A stretch of 64,000 bases of DNA from Phycisphaerales bacterium (GTDB lineage Bacteria > Planctomycetota > Phycisphaerae > UBA1845): NCBI GenBank assembly GCA_013140575.1, contig JABFSN010000047.1, positions 5,036-69,035 on the forward strand. Direction: 5' to 3'. The position numbers were made by a program, and so were the translations under genes. Shown here piece after piece: positions 36,340 through 46,497 of the stretch (position 1 is its first letter; every line of letters begins with the position of its first letter). Under the pieces are notes generated by a model. That model did no database searches, was not told where the DNA came from, and saw only the letters and a list, made by a program, of their open reading frames with translations.

Positions 36340-37295
36340 CGTGGATTAATCTTCAACAAGACCTTTATGTTGCCCGCCTGCTGCGACGCTTCAAATGCCT
36401 CGGCCCATCGCTCAATCTTGTATGACCGGGAAACCATGGACGACACGTCCACTTCACGGCGGGCCAGCGCGTGAATAGCGTCCGCAAACGGGCCGCACCG
36501 GCTGCCGACCACGGTGATCTCGTTTACCACGATCGGCGCCAAATCAACCGCGGACGGCTCCGCGTGCGTCGATTTCAATACAATCGTTCCGCGCGGGCGG
36601 ACGAATCCAATGGCGGCTGCCAGACCGTCGGGCGAACCCGTGCAGTCGACCACCAGATCGCGATCGGCCTTGGCGGGCGTGTCCGAAATCAAACGGGCGC
36701 GAATGCCGCGTTTCTCGCAAAACAACAACGATTGCGGATTGCGCCCGATGACTTCCAGACGACAACCGGTGGTCGCCAATACCTGGGCGACGAGCAGACC
36801 CAGCCGACCACTTCCCACGACCGCGACGTTCATCCGTCGTTCAATGGGCACCTGTTTCACGACCTGCATTGCGGCGGCCAGCGGTTCCACGAATACCGCC
36901 TCTTCGTCGGTGATCGCGTTCGGCGCCTCGTGCAAATTGTGAATGGGCACCGCGACCAGATCGGCAAAACAGCCGTCCCGCCCCCGGATGCCCATCACCG
37001 TGCGCCGCGAACAATGATTCGACAAACCGGATTGACACTGGGCGCATTGCCGGCAGACGCAGTTGATCTCGCAAACGACACGCTTGCCCAACCACTCGTG
37101 TGGGCCCGTCTCGACCGTGCCGACGCATTCGTGTCCCACAATGCCGCGAAATCCCATATAACCGCGCGTAATGTGATGATCGGTGGCACAGATGCCGGCC
37201 AAATGGACGCGCACGACGGCGTCGCCGTTCGTCGGCGCGGGCTCGGGGCGATTGTCGTCGTAGATCAGTCGGTCTTCAAAACAGATGGCACGCAC
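36336..37295 (-). CDS. zinc-dependent medium-chain alcohol/threonine dehydrogenase family protein
   Basis: GICATDHH and GHECVG catalytic zinc motifs, structural zinc C..C..C.......C, and GSGRLG NAD fold. ATGA overlap with pgeF. Confidence 0.85.
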   Translation of the reverse strand: MRAICFEDRLIYDDNRPEPAPTNGDAVVRVHLAGICATDHHITRGYMGFRGIVGHECVGTVETGPHEWLGKRVVCEINCVCRQCAQCQSGLSNHCSRRTVMGIRGRDGCFADLVAVPIHNLHEAPNAITDEEAVFVEPLAAAMQVVKQVPIERRMNVAVVGSGRLGLLVAQVLATTGCRLEVIGRNPQSLLFCEKRGIRARLISDTPAKADRDLVVDCTGSPDGLAAAIGFVRPRGTIVLKSTHAEPSAVDLAPIVVNEITVVGSRCGPFADAIHALARREVDVSSMVSRSYKIERWAEAFEASQQAGNIKVLLKINPR

Positions 37296-37301
37296 GTTGG
37301 A

Positions 37302-37823
37302 TTATCGCCCCGCCGCCCGGGTGTCCGTGTCGACGGTTCGCGGACGACAGGACAGATTTAGTTCCATACAGATCGCGCCGGGAATCGGCTTCGCGTAATA
37401 GGGCGGTATGTCCACAAAACCCAGCGATCGGTACGTGCCGATCGCCTCCCTCATTACCGGTAGCGTGTCCAAACGCATCAACCGGTATTTCAATTCGATG
37501 GCCGAATCAATAATCGCGACGGCCAGACGCCGTCCCAAACCGCGGCCGCGATGGTGCGGCCGGACGTATAACCGCTTCATTTCGCAGACGCCGTCCGCCA
37601 ATTCCCGCAATGCCACGCAACCGGCCAGAACGCCGGCATCGTCCGCCGCCAGCAGTCCTCCGGTCGGCGGTGCGTATTCGCCCGGCAGGCTCGCCAATTC
37701 ACTGTCGAATCGAATGAAACACGAGTTGCCCGCCATGAACGCCGCGTACTCCGTCAACAGTTCGCGGATCTCGTCGAGGCGCTGCACCGGACACGGTTCG
37801 ATCGAAATCGTCGTCCGCGTCAC
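37302..37823 (-). CDS. GNAT family N-acetyltransferase
   Basis: Motif A RPHHRGRGLGRRL. A GTG start at 37823 gives a GTGA overlap with the upstream stop. The longer track ORF is rejected. Confidence 0.75.
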   Translation of the reverse strand: MTRTTISIEPCPVQRLDEIRELLTEYAAFMAGNSCFIRFDSELASLPGEYAPPTGGLLAADDAGVLAGCVALRELADGVCEMKRLYVRPHHRGRGLGRRLAVAIIDSAIELKYRLMRLDTLPVMREAIGTYRSLGFVDIPPYYAKPIPGAICMELNLSCRPRTVDTDTRAAGR

Positions 37824-38671
37824 GGCGCGCCCCGCCCGGCAAGCGTCTGCGGCCGTGCCGACGCCCGCCCCGCTGGCCACCAATGCGCCGGCTCGACGGG
37901 TTCCAATTGGCCGTCCAGCGCGCCGCGCTCGGCGAACCAATCGGGATTCGACCGCAGCCAGTCCTGCCACGCCTGCGGATCGTGGTCATGGGTCACGCCG
38001 GTCAGGTGCATCAACGACCGCTCGGCCTGGTAGGCGATCCCGTAATCGGCATCCCGGACCGAACCGACCAGCGCCGCGACCGACTCCCGCCGCGGAATCT
38101 CGCCCAGAATCATGGCCGATGCGATCCGCACGTCGCGCGATTCACCCTGCCCGAGCCGCCGGATCGCGATCTGCATCAAACGACCCGCCTGTTCCGACGA
38201 CAGTCGGCCCTCGCGGACGTGCGGCAATAACCCGTTCAGCGATGCCAATCCGTCGCGCCCGCACGTGGTTACGCCGGGCGCGCCATTTCCATCCGCGATG
38301 TCGAGCAACACCGGCACGACAACGTCTCGTTGCGATCCGGCGGCCAATTGGATGGCCGCGCAACGCACGCTTTCGCTGGGGTCGCGCCGCGCAATCAGCA
38401 GGCAAGCGTCAACGGTGACGTCGTGTTGGGCGAATCGGGTCTTGGCCAACTGCTGAATGGCGTCGCGGCGATGATCGGGGCTCGGCTGGTCGATCGCGTC
38501 CGACAGGTAGCGGGCGGCGTCCCCCTCGGTTACCAGCCATGCGTTTTTTTGATACCGTGGCGGGTGGCATCCGACGACCGCGGACATCGCCGCCGCAACG
38601 AACACCCACCCCACCGGCAGGAAAACCAAGCGCGTTTCAGGCCCGCCGACACGCCGCCGCGACCGCCGCAT
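37820..38671 (-). CDS. HEAT-repeat lipoprotein
   Basis: Signal/lipobox VFVAAAMSAVVGC. Repeated helical units with ...D.S..VR..A...L. The start (Met at 38671) overlaps the murI 3' end and is uncertain. Confidence 0.55.
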   Translation of the reverse strand: MRRSRRRVGGPETRLVFLPVGWVFVAAAMSAVVGCHPPRYQKNAWLVTEGDAARYLSDAIDQPSPDHRRDAIQQLAKTRFAQHDVTVDACLLIARRDPSESVRCAAIQLAAGSQRDVVVPVLLDIADGNGAPGVTTCGRDGLASLNGLLPHVREGRLSSEQAGRLMQIAIRRLGQGESRDVRIASAMILGEIPRRESVAALVGSVRDADYGIAYQAERSLMHLTGVTHDHDPQAWQDWLRSNPDWFAERGALDGQLEPVEPAHWWPAGRASARPQTLAGRGAP

Positions 38672-39563
38672 CGCCCGCGGCAATCCCCAATTCGTCCGGG
38701 CAAACCCGCACCACGTCCGGGATGGGTTCACCCAGAAATCGCGAGCCCAGCACCTGAAACCGCGACGGATCGTCACTGACATAGCAATGCAGGCTACCGC
38801 GCCCCTTCGACGGCGACAACGCATTCATTGCCCGCAGCGTTCGCTCGACGAGCTGCGCCGTGGCCGCCGCCGGGTCGATCAGCGTCACGCCGCCGCCGAA
38901 AAACTCGGCGATCGCGTCACGCAACATCGGATAATGGGTGCAACCCAGCACCATCGCCGCCGGCGACAACCGCCGCACCGGCCCCAGATAGCGACTGACC
39001 GCCAGCCGAACGATGGGGTCCGCGGCGTCGATCCCCTCCTCGGCCAGCGGCACGAACAACGGACACGCCGCCTGCACCACCGGTCGTCCGGCGTCGATGG
39101 CCGCGATCGCGTTCTTGTACGCGTTCGAACGCACCGTCGCCTCGGTGGCCGCCACGGCAATCAAATCCCGCGGCCCGCACCCCCGAACGGCCGCGTCCGC
39201 CCCCGGTCCCACCACGCCGATCAACGGCACCGGGAATTCGCCGGCGATCGACGGAACCGCCACGGCGCTCACCGTATGACAGGCGGCCACGATGCACTTG
39301 GGTGACATGCGCATCAAAAACGCGCAGTTTTCGAGGGTGAATCGGGTCACCGTTTCGCGGGTTTTCGTTCCGTAGGGGACACGGGCGGTGTCACCGAAAT
39401 AGACGATGTCCTCGTGCGGCAGGCAGTCACGCAACGCCCGAACCACGGTCAGCCCGCCGATCCCCGAATCGAACACCGCGATGGGTTGAACTGTTGTCGG
39501 ATTCACCTTCGCCGTCCCTGGCAGGATGCCGACTGCGGATGCCGCCGGCCTTCGATTGTTCAT
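38637..39563 (-). CDS. murI: glutamate racemase
   Basis: VFDSGIGGLTV, YFGDTARVPYG, ACHTVS and LGCTHYP motifs. Confidence 0.92.
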   Translation of the reverse strand: MNNRRPAASAVGILPGTAKVNPTTVQPIAVFDSGIGGLTVVRALRDCLPHEDIVYFGDTARVPYGTKTRETVTRFTLENCAFLMRMSPKCIVAACHTVSAVAVPSIAGEFPVPLIGVVGPGADAAVRGCGPRDLIAVAATEATVRSNAYKNAIAAIDAGRPVVQAACPLFVPLAEEGIDAADPIVRLAVSRYLGPVRRLSPAAMVLGCTHYPMLRDAIAEFFGGGVTLIDPAAATAQLVERTLRAMNALSPSKGRGSLHCYVSDDPSRFQVLGSRFLGEPIPDVVRVCPDELGIAAGDAAVAAACRRA

Positions 39564-39651
39564 TCGCCGTTTCCGTTATCGGTCCGCGTGTCAAAAACTC
39601 TTCTGCCCGCCCGATTGAATTCCCCGCCGCCAACGCCGACCGCATCCACGG

Positions 39652-41463
39652 TCAGGACTTCGATTCCGCAAGCCGCGCCTTCACTTCCGGCCGCAGATCA
39701 ATTCCCAGTTCCTTCAATTGGGCCTCCGCGACCGGGCCGGGGGCGTCGGTCAACGGGCACACCGCCCGTTGCGTCTTGGGAAACGCGATCACGTCCCGCA
39801 GGCTGGGTTGGTTGGCCAGCAGCATGACGCACCGATCGAATCCCAACGCGATCCCCCCGTGGGGTGGCGCCCCGTACGAGAGCGCATCCAGCAGGTGCTC
39901 GAATTTCAACCGCGCGTCCTCCTCGCTGATGTTCAACAGGCTGAACACCTTCTGCTGGATGTCGCGCCGATGGATGCGGATGCTTCCGCCCCCCAATTCC
40001 TGACCGTTCAACACCACGTCGTAGGCCTGGGCGCGCACCTTGCCCGGATCGCTGTCCAGCAGGTGTACATCTTCGTCCAGCGGCGATGTAAACGGGTGGT
40101 GCGTCGAATCCCACCGTTTTTCCTCGTCGTTCCACAATACCAGTGGAAAATCGACGACCCATAGCAGGTTCCATTTGTTCGGCGGAATCGCCTTGGTCAT
40201 CGCCGCCAAACGCATCCGCACGTGGTGCAGGTACTTGCAAACATTCGAATACGTGTCGGCCGCGAAAAATAGCGCATCGCCCGGTTTGGCCCCGGCGGCC
40301 GCGCACAACGCCTGCGCAACCGGTTGAATGAACTTCGCAACGCCCGTGGCGAATTCCGGGGCGTCGGCCGTTCCCTGAATCTTGGCATACGGCAGCCCGC
40401 CGCCGCCGATCCCCTTGACCTCCTCGCCCAGCCCGTCCATCTCCTTCCGCGTCAACGTCGACCCGCCGGGAACGACGATGCACTTGACCACGCCACCCGC
40501 GTCGATGACCGATCGAAACACGCCGAATTCCGTCGATCGAACCGCGTCGGTCACGTTCTTCAATTCCAACCCGAACCGGGTGTCGGGACTGTCCGCCCCG
40601 AACCGGTCCATCGCCTCCTGATACGACATCCGCGGCAGCGGTAACGGGATCTCCACCCCGATCGTGTCGCGGAAAATGCGTTGAATGCAGCGGTCCATGA
40701 TCTCCATCACGTCGTCGCGCTTGACGAACGCCATTTCCATGTCCAACTGCGTGAATTCCGGCTGCCGGTTTCCGCGCAGGTCCTCGTCGCGGAAACAGCG
40801 GACGATCTGCGCGTACCGGTCGAAACCGGCCACCATGAACAGTTGTTTGAAAATCTGCGGCGACTGCGGCAGGGCGTAAAACGACCCCTGCTGCACCCGC
40901 GACGGCACCAGGTAGTCCCGCGCCCCTTCCGGCGTGGATTTGGTCAGAAACGGCGTCTCGATTTCCACGAATCCCTCGTCGTGGAAAAAATCGCGGATCG
41001 TTTTTCCCAGCAAGTGCCGCAGGCGAAATGTCTTCTGTGCCGCCGCCCGACGCAAATCAAGGAACCGGTATCGCAGCCGCAATTCCTCGTTGGCTTCGCC
41101 CGCCCCGTCCACCGTGAACGGCGTTGGCTCCGACTTGTTCAACAGTTCGGCTTCGCAAACCTCGACCTCGATCTCGCCCGTCGCCAGCTTGGGGTTGATG
41201 TTCGCCCCGCGCGGCACAACCTTTCCCCGGATCGCCACGACGTCTTCCGTACGCAGCGTCCGCGCCACGGAATGGGCCTTCGGATCCGTTTCCGGGTTGC
41301 ATTTAAGCTGCGTCAACCCCTCGTGGTCGCGCAGGTCGATGAACACCATGCCCCCGTGGTCGCGGTAGCTGTTCACCCAGCCGGCTAGGACCACCTCCTG
41401 CCCGACATGGAATTTCCGCAATGACCCGCATCGATGGGTCCGTCGATTGTAAGGAACACCCAC
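39652..41463 (-). CDS. aspS: aspartate--tRNA ligase (bacterial type)
   Basis: 603 aa. OB-fold N-terminus, class II motif 2 [26 protein letters not shown], and motif 3 GIALGFDR. Confidence 0.95.
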   Translation of the reverse strand: MGVPYNRRTHRCGSLRKFHVGQEVVLAGWVNSYRDHGGMVFIDLRDHEGLTQLKCNPETDPKAHSVARTLRTEDVVAIRGKVVPRGANINPKLATGEIEVEVCEAELLNKSEPTPFTVDGAGEANEELRLRYRFLDLRRAAAQKTFRLRHLLGKTIRDFFHDEGFVEIETPFLTKSTPEGARDYLVPSRVQQGSFYALPQSPQIFKQLFMVAGFDRYAQIVRCFRDEDLRGNRQPEFTQLDMEMAFVKRDDVMEIMDRCIQRIFRDTIGVEIPLPLPRMSYQEAMDRFGADSPDTRFGLELKNVTDAVRSTEFGVFRSVIDAGGVVKCIVVPGGSTLTRKEMDGLGEEVKGIGGGGLPYAKIQGTADAPEFATGVAKFIQPVAQALCAAAGAKPGDALFFAADTYSNVCKYLHHVRMRLAAMTKAIPPNKWNLLWVVDFPLVLWNDEEKRWDSTHHPFTSPLDEDVHLLDSDPGKVRAQAYDVVLNGQELGGGSIRIHRRDIQQKVFSLLNISEEDARLKFEHLLDALSYGAPPHGGIALGFDRCVMLLANQPSLRDVIAFPKTQRAVCPLTDAPGPVAEAQLKELGIDLRPEVKARLAESKS

Positions 41464-41653
41464 AGAATGCCCTCCCCTTGTCCGATTCGGCGCGATTTCG
41501 TTTTATCCAACCGGTTCGGCGTGCTGTTCTAGTTCGCCAATGGTTGCGACGCAACCGCCCACGGTACAATTCGTCGCCGACGCCGGTCGTGCGTATTATC
41601 AGACGTGCCGATAAGCTGGGGATGCCCCGATCCGCTTCCGCGCCGTTCCCCGT

Positions 41654-41680
41654 GGAACCGATCCGGGTTGCCGTCGTCTA
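41654..41680 (+). promoter_or_regulatory. candidate ECF-type promoter GGAAC-N16-CGTCTAA upstream of the ECF sigma gene
   Basis: GGAAC at 41654-41658 and CGTC at 41675-41678 (16-nt spacer), immediately 5' of the sigma ORF. This would favour the second Met (41719) as the start. Confidence 0.4.
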
Positions 41681-41688
41681 ATTAATGG

Positions 41689-42312
41689 ATGGTAGCTGCG
41701 TTGCGTCGAACCACTGTTATGGAAGTGGCCGACGACGCCACGCTGGTCGGACAGGTTCAGTCCGGGCGGGTGGCGGCGTTCGCGCAGCTCGTCCGTCGGT
41801 ATCAGGATCGGGTTTACAACACCTGCCGCCGAGTCTGCGGCAACGACGAGGAGGCCTGCGACCTGACCCAGGAGACGTTTTTCAAGGCGTTCCGATCCAT
41901 CGGTTCGTACCGGCAGAAGAGCGCGTTCTATACCTGGCTGTTTCGGATCGCCGTGAACCTGGCGTTGACCCACCGACAAAAGCACCGTCTGCGCGTGGTC
42001 TCGCAACTGACCGATGACGACCCGCTGTCGATTCCCGTCGCGGGCTCGCAGGCGGTGATCGGCGGCGAGGCACGAGCGGTGTCCGTCGAAACCCGTGAAT
42101 GCGTGTCGGCCGCGCTGGCGTCGATCGACGCCGATCATCGCGCCGTGCTCGTGCTGCGCGATATCGAGGGGTGCGATTATGAACAGATCGCCGGCATCCT
42201 CGATATTCCGAAGGGAACCGTGAAATCGCGCGTTCACCGGGCTCGCGTGGCCCTGCGCGATGCGTTGGAACGGCGAGGGATCACCAATGACGAACGGGAC
42301 ATGGCAACATGA
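41689..42312 (+). CDS. ECF subfamily RNA polymerase sigma-70 factor
   Basis: Region 2 (FAQLVRRYQDRVYNTCRRVCGNDEEACDLTQETFFKAF, YTWLFRIAVN) and region 4 (GCDYEQIAGILDIPKGTVKSRVHRAR). Overlaps the next gene by ATGA. Confidence 0.9.
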   Translation: MVAALRRTTVMEVADDATLVGQVQSGRVAAFAQLVRRYQDRVYNTCRRVCGNDEEACDLTQETFFKAFRSIGSYRQKSAFYTWLFRIAVNLALTHRQKHRLRVVSQLTDDDPLSIPVAGSQAVIGGEARAVSVETRECVSAALASIDADHRAVLVLRDIEGCDYEQIAGILDIPKGTVKSRVHRARVALRDALERRGITNDERDMAT

Positions 42313-43970
42313 ACAGCCAACAGCCGGATTCATTTGACGAACAACTGTCCGCCTATCTCGACGGCGAACTCGACGACGCCGATCGCCGACGGGTCGAACA
42401 GGCACTCGAAACCGACGCCGACGCCCGTGCCGCGCTCCATCGGCTGCGCCAGACAACCGGCGCATTGAAGGGACTGCCGCGACTGCCCGCGCCGCCGTCG
42501 CTGGTGGGCGACATCCTGTCGCGCGTCGAGCGCGATCACCTGCTGAACGACCCGCGAACCCGCGGCCAACGCGGGTCTTTTTCATTCCGCCGTCTGTATC
42601 CACTTCTGGCGGCGGCCGCGATGATCGCAATCGCCGGCACTGTCGGACTGTGGGGCATCCTGCAGTCGGACCGCACGGCCGACCGTGCCGTCGTGATCGC
42701 CACCACACCCGCAGACGTCCCGGCGGCCGATGAAAACACCACCCCGCTCGTCCTGGGCGAACGTACACAACGAACGGCCGGCATTGAATCAGAATCGCGC
42801 CCCGGAATGAAATCGAAAAGCGAGACCGCTGTCGATTCCGCGAGTGACTTGGGGATCGCCGCAAAGTCATCGAGCATGGCGCCGACGACCCCGACCACCA
42901 ACCCGGCTGGCGCCTTGAACGGATCGACCACAGACCCAGCCTTTCCCACCGGCCTAGCTGCCTCGACCGCCGACATCAAAAGCCTCGGGACTGTAACCCT
43001 TACCGTTCAGACTTCGAATAGGTCGTTGGATGCTATGGCGAGCGGGACGCAGGCTCAATCGGAACGCACCATTGATTCACCCACGGACGCATCGGCCGCG
43101 TTTGTTCTGGAAATCTTCTGTAATTCCGATTCATTCCTCGACCACTCCGAACGGTTGGCGTCTGCAGACCCGGCGGACAAAACGGATTCGGCCACCATGA
43201 CGGCGGCGGCGCAGGCGACCGTGGAACCATCGCGCTTCGGCCCGACGCAATGGGGATCGCCCAACTGGTATTCGACCGGTTCGCAACGCGTCGTCGAACG
43301 CATCGTGACATTGCCCCGCGATCAACTTCCCGCGGTGCTCGCGGCAATCGTGGCCGATGGCGCGGCCGCCGATTCCGTGACACTGTCCGCGGGCGGCATC
43401 TTGCTGGCGTCTGGATCGCAAGACGCCCTGCAGCTTGCATCCATTGTCGCCGGCGTCGATCGCGTGGACAGTGCGGGTGACGCGCCAGACAGTGACAAAT
43501 ACACGCAGTACGGCCAGACATTTGCCGATACTCGGCGAAATGGTCCCCTCGATCGCTTCTTGCAGCAGCTCGCCATACCTCCTGCCGACCGTGACGAAAC
43601 AATCATTTCTACGGCCGGCACTCCCGCTCCGGCCGCCGCGGCCACGGAAGTCGCCGGGACCGGCGGGGCGTCGCGCGACGGCGACTCTGTGCGTGGTCGC
43701 GGGGCCCGTGTTCCGTCGACCGTCGTCGGGGACGAATCCCGGCCGTCAGATGCTCCGTCCGCTGAAATCAGTCCTGAATCGGCATTCGAGCCGGACACCA
43801 CGGTCTACGGGGACACTGCGGGCATGTTCCAATCCGACGACGCCAACGTCACCGCCGGCGGCGTCAAGGCGCGCGACCATGTTGAATCAAGAATCGTCTT
43901 GCGTATTCGCTTGATCGGCCCGCCGTTGGTTCCACCACCCGGCGAACCTGGCCGCCTATCGCCGCGTTAG
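42309..43970 (+). CDS. anti-sigma factor with single TM segment and long low-complexity extracytoplasmic domain
   Basis: N-terminal LSAYLDGELDDADRRRVEQAL anti-sigma motif and a TM segment (LYPLLAAAAMIAIAGTVGLWGIL). The remainder is A/S/T/D-rich. Translationally coupled to the sigma gene. Confidence 0.75.
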   Translation: MNSQQPDSFDEQLSAYLDGELDDADRRRVEQALETDADARAALHRLRQTTGALKGLPRLPAPPSLVGDILSRVERDHLLNDPRTRGQRGSFSFRRLYPLLAAAAMIAIAGTVGLWGILQSDRTADRAVVIATTPADVPAADENTTPLVLGERTQRTAGIESESRPGMKSKSETAVDSASDLGIAAKSSSMAPTTPTTNPAGALNGSTTDPAFPTGLAASTADIKSLGTVTLTVQTSNRSLDAMASGTQAQSERTIDSPTDASAAFVLEIFCNSDSFLDHSERLASADPADKTDSATMTAAAQATVEPSRFGPTQWGSPNWYSTGSQRVVERIVTLPRDQLPAVLAAIVADGAAADSVTLSAGGILLASGSQDALQLASIVAGVDRVDSAGDAPDSDKYTQYGQTFADTRRNGPLDRFLQQLAIPPADRDETIISTAGTPAPAAAATEVAGTGGASRDGDSVRGRGARVPSTVVGDESRPSDAPSAEISPESAFEPDTTVYGDTAGMFQSDDANVTAGGVKARDHVESRIVLRIRLIGPPLVPPPGEPGRLSPR

Positions 43971-44651
43971 ACGATAGACCCACAGATCCCGTTCCAGCGG
44001 CTCGTCTCCAGACCCGCTCAGCATATAGTGAAACAGCGTGGGAGTTGAATAACCCTGTTCCGGCGCCGTTCGCTCGGCGTTTGCGAGTTCGTCGGCAGCC
44101 ATCGCGGCGCTCTTGAATATCACGACGTGGCCCCCCATCGAAACGAGCGACCGGGCGTAGCGCAGACATCGTTCCAGGGATCCGACGGCCTTCAAGACCA
44201 CCAGATCAAACGGCGCCGGCGATCGCCACGATTCCGCCCGGGCGTGCAGACAGCGGAGGTTCGCTATGCCCAATTCGTCGGCACACGACTGAACAAACGA
44301 CGCCTTCTTGGCGGTCCCGTCGATCGCCGTGATCCGCCAGTCGGGCTTCGCAACGGCCAGCGGCACAGCCGGCGCACCCGCGCCGGTGCCGACGTCGAGT
44401 ACCGTCGAAATCGCGACGTTGACGGACCCAGCCCAGACCGCCGCGGCAAGCGAATCCAGAATATGCCGAACGGCAAAATCACGCGGCTCGATAATGCGCG
44501 TCAAGTTGAATTTATTGTTCGTCTCGACGACCCGCCCGTAAAACCGCCATAGCGTCTCGATTTGCTCGTCACGAAGGAACATCCCCCAATCATGCAACTG
44601 CGGGACAATCGCCGTCTGAAACTGCTCGCGCGAGTCGTTGGTCACACTCAT
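43956..44651 (-). CDS. rsmG: 16S rRNA (guanine527-N7)-methyltransferase
   Basis: FNLTRIIEPRDFAVRHILDS and VLDVGTGAGAPAVPLA motifs. Met at 44651 shares one base with the queC stop. Confidence 0.85.
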   Translation of the reverse strand: MSVTNDSREQFQTAIVPQLHDWGMFLRDEQIETLWRFYGRVVETNNKFNLTRIIEPRDFAVRHILDSLAAAVWAGSVNVAISTVLDVGTGAGAPAVPLAVAKPDWRITAIDGTAKKASFVQSCADELGIANLRCLHARAESWRSPAPFDLVVLKAVGSLERCLRYARSLVSMGGHVVIFKSAAMAADELANAERTAPEQGYSTPTLFHYMLSGSGDEPLERDLWVYRLTRR

Positions 44652-45343
44652 CAGAATGACCGGACGTATAGCGTCGGATCGGCCACGCCGGCTTCGGCGA
44701 ATCCCCGGGCCCGCAGTCGGCAACTGTCACACCGGCCGCACGCGCGCCCGCGCTCGTCCGGCGCATAGCAGCTATGCGTCAGGCTGAAATCCAAACACAG
44801 CCGAACCCCTTCACGGATGATCCGCGCTTTGGTCATCTGAATTAACGGCGCGTGCGCGGCAAACCGGCCGCGTCCGTCGACGGCAGCCGCCGTAGCGACA
44901 TTGGCGAGTTCCTCAAACTTGGCAATGAACGCCGGCCGACAATCCGGGTAGCCGCTGTAGTCTATCGCATTAGCGCCGATGAATAAATCGAACGCGCCGA
45001 TGGATTCAGCCAACGCCAACGCCAGCGACAGAAAAATCGTGTTGCGGGCCGGCACGTACGTAATGGGTATGTCCGCGGCCATGTCGCTAACAGGGCGATC
45101 CAATGGAACGGCGATCGCGTCCGTCAATGCCGATCGCCCGAACACACGCAGATCAACCGTCTGAAACACATGCCGGCTGATTCCCAATGCCCGTCCGACG
45201 CGCTCGGCCGCGTCCAACTCAACGCCGTGGCGCTGGCCATAGGCAATGGAAAGCGCCGACACCTCAAACCCGCGTTCCCTTGCTATCGCGCCCGTCACCA
45301 TCGAATCGATTCCGCCCGACAACAACACCACGGCGCTCGGCAT
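44651..45343 (-). CDS. queC: 7-cyano-7-deazaguanine synthase
   Basis: MPSAVVLLSGGIDS PP-loop, YVPARN, and C-terminal CGRCDSC zinc site. The start is taken at the Met at 45343 rather than the long track ORF. Confidence 0.92.
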   Translation of the reverse strand: MPSAVVLLSGGIDSMVTGAIARERGFEVSALSIAYGQRHGVELDAAERVGRALGISRHVFQTVDLRVFGRSALTDAIAVPLDRPVSDMAADIPITYVPARNTIFLSLALALAESIGAFDLFIGANAIDYSGYPDCRPAFIAKFEELANVATAAAVDGRGRFAAHAPLIQMTKARIIREGVRLCLDFSLTHSCYAPDERGRACGRCDSCRLRARGFAEAGVADPTLYVRSF

Positions 45344-45354
45344 GGGAATAATCG

Positions 45355-46497
45355 CTAAACTGATGTGAACGGGTCGCGATCCGCCGCGCTGATCAGCACT
45401 TCCAATGCCGGCAGCCCCGTCCGGATCGCATCGGCCAACGTCGCCAGCACCGGCTTTTCGCTCGCCCAATGACCCAATGCAATGGCCGAACTGCCGCGTC
45501 GCACGATCGCCAGCGCGTCGTGATGCCGCATTTCGCCCGTAATTACGACGTGCTCGCCGTCCAGTGGAACGCCAAACGGCAGCGAACCGGCCGCCCCCGC
45601 GCAAATGACCGCGCGGGACACGGTGCGCCCGGCGTCGCCGACGATCTGCACGCCCGTCGCGCCGGTCGCCTTTGTCAACTTGCGGCTCAATGCCGCCAAT
45701 GTGATGGGCCGGGGCAGCGGTCCGTGACGACCAATGCCCGGGCCGGGTTCGTCCTGCAAGGGATAGACGTCAAACGCCGGTTCTTCATACGGGTGCGCGC
45801 CGCGCAATGCCGTGACGACCTCATATAACAGTCGCCGCGGCGTAATCGCTTCCAGTCGAATCTCATCAACGGTTTCGTATCGGCCGCGCTGACCGACCGC
45901 CGGTTGCGTCGACTCGCTCCCACGAAATGTACCCGTCCCGCCAATGCGAAAACTGCACTTCTCATAATCACCGATCCGACCCGCCCCGGACGCGAACATC
46001 GCATCCGCCACTGTGTCGGCGGCGTCGGCCGGAACAAACACGACCAATTTGCAATTCCGCTCGATATCGCCCGCCGGCTGTTCGATCGAGTGCGATCCCG
46101 TCAGTCCACACAGCCCGGCAATGACGTCGTTTGTTCCACCGTCGGCCGCGTCGAGCGCCGTATGTGGCGAGTAGATTGCGATACTCGACCGGGCGCATCT
46201 CAGCACGGCGTCACCACTATCAAGACCAGGTGACGTCAACCGCCGGATCGCTTTGAAAATCGGCGGATGATACGCCACGACCATCTCGCATCGTTCCCGA
46301 ACGGCTTCGGCCACAACGTCGTTCATCAGGTCAATGGCCAACAACGTGCGACGAACCGATGCCCGTCGATCGCCCAGCAGCAATCCGACATTGTCCCATT
46401 CCTGCGCCAAATGAGTGGGCGCAATGCGTTCCATCGCCTCGCAGACATCGCCCACCGCGATACCGGGCGCTTTCGCAGTTCGCTTCGGTCTAGCCAT
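45355..46497 (-). CDS. NIF3-like dinuclear metal center protein (GTP cyclohydrolase 1 type 2 homolog) with inserted domain
   Basis: EWDNVGLLLGD, AYHPPIF, YSPHTALD and C-terminal GHWASE motifs. Confidence 0.85.
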   Translation of the reverse strand: MARPKRTAKAPGIAVGDVCEAMERIAPTHLAQEWDNVGLLLGDRRASVRRTLLAIDLMNDVVAEAVRERCEMVVAYHPPIFKAIRRLTSPGLDSGDAVLRCARSSIAIYSPHTALDAADGGTNDVIAGLCGLTGSHSIEQPAGDIERNCKLVVFVPADAADTVADAMFASGAGRIGDYEKCSFRIGGTGTFRGSESTQPAVGQRGRYETVDEIRLEAITPRRLLYEVVTALRGAHPYEEPAFDVYPLQDEPGPGIGRHGPLPRPITLAALSRKLTKATGATGVQIVGDAGRTVSRAVICAGAAGSLPFGVPLDGEHVVITGEMRHHDALAIVRRGSSAIALGHWASEKPVLATLADAIRTGLPALEVLISAADRDPFTSV

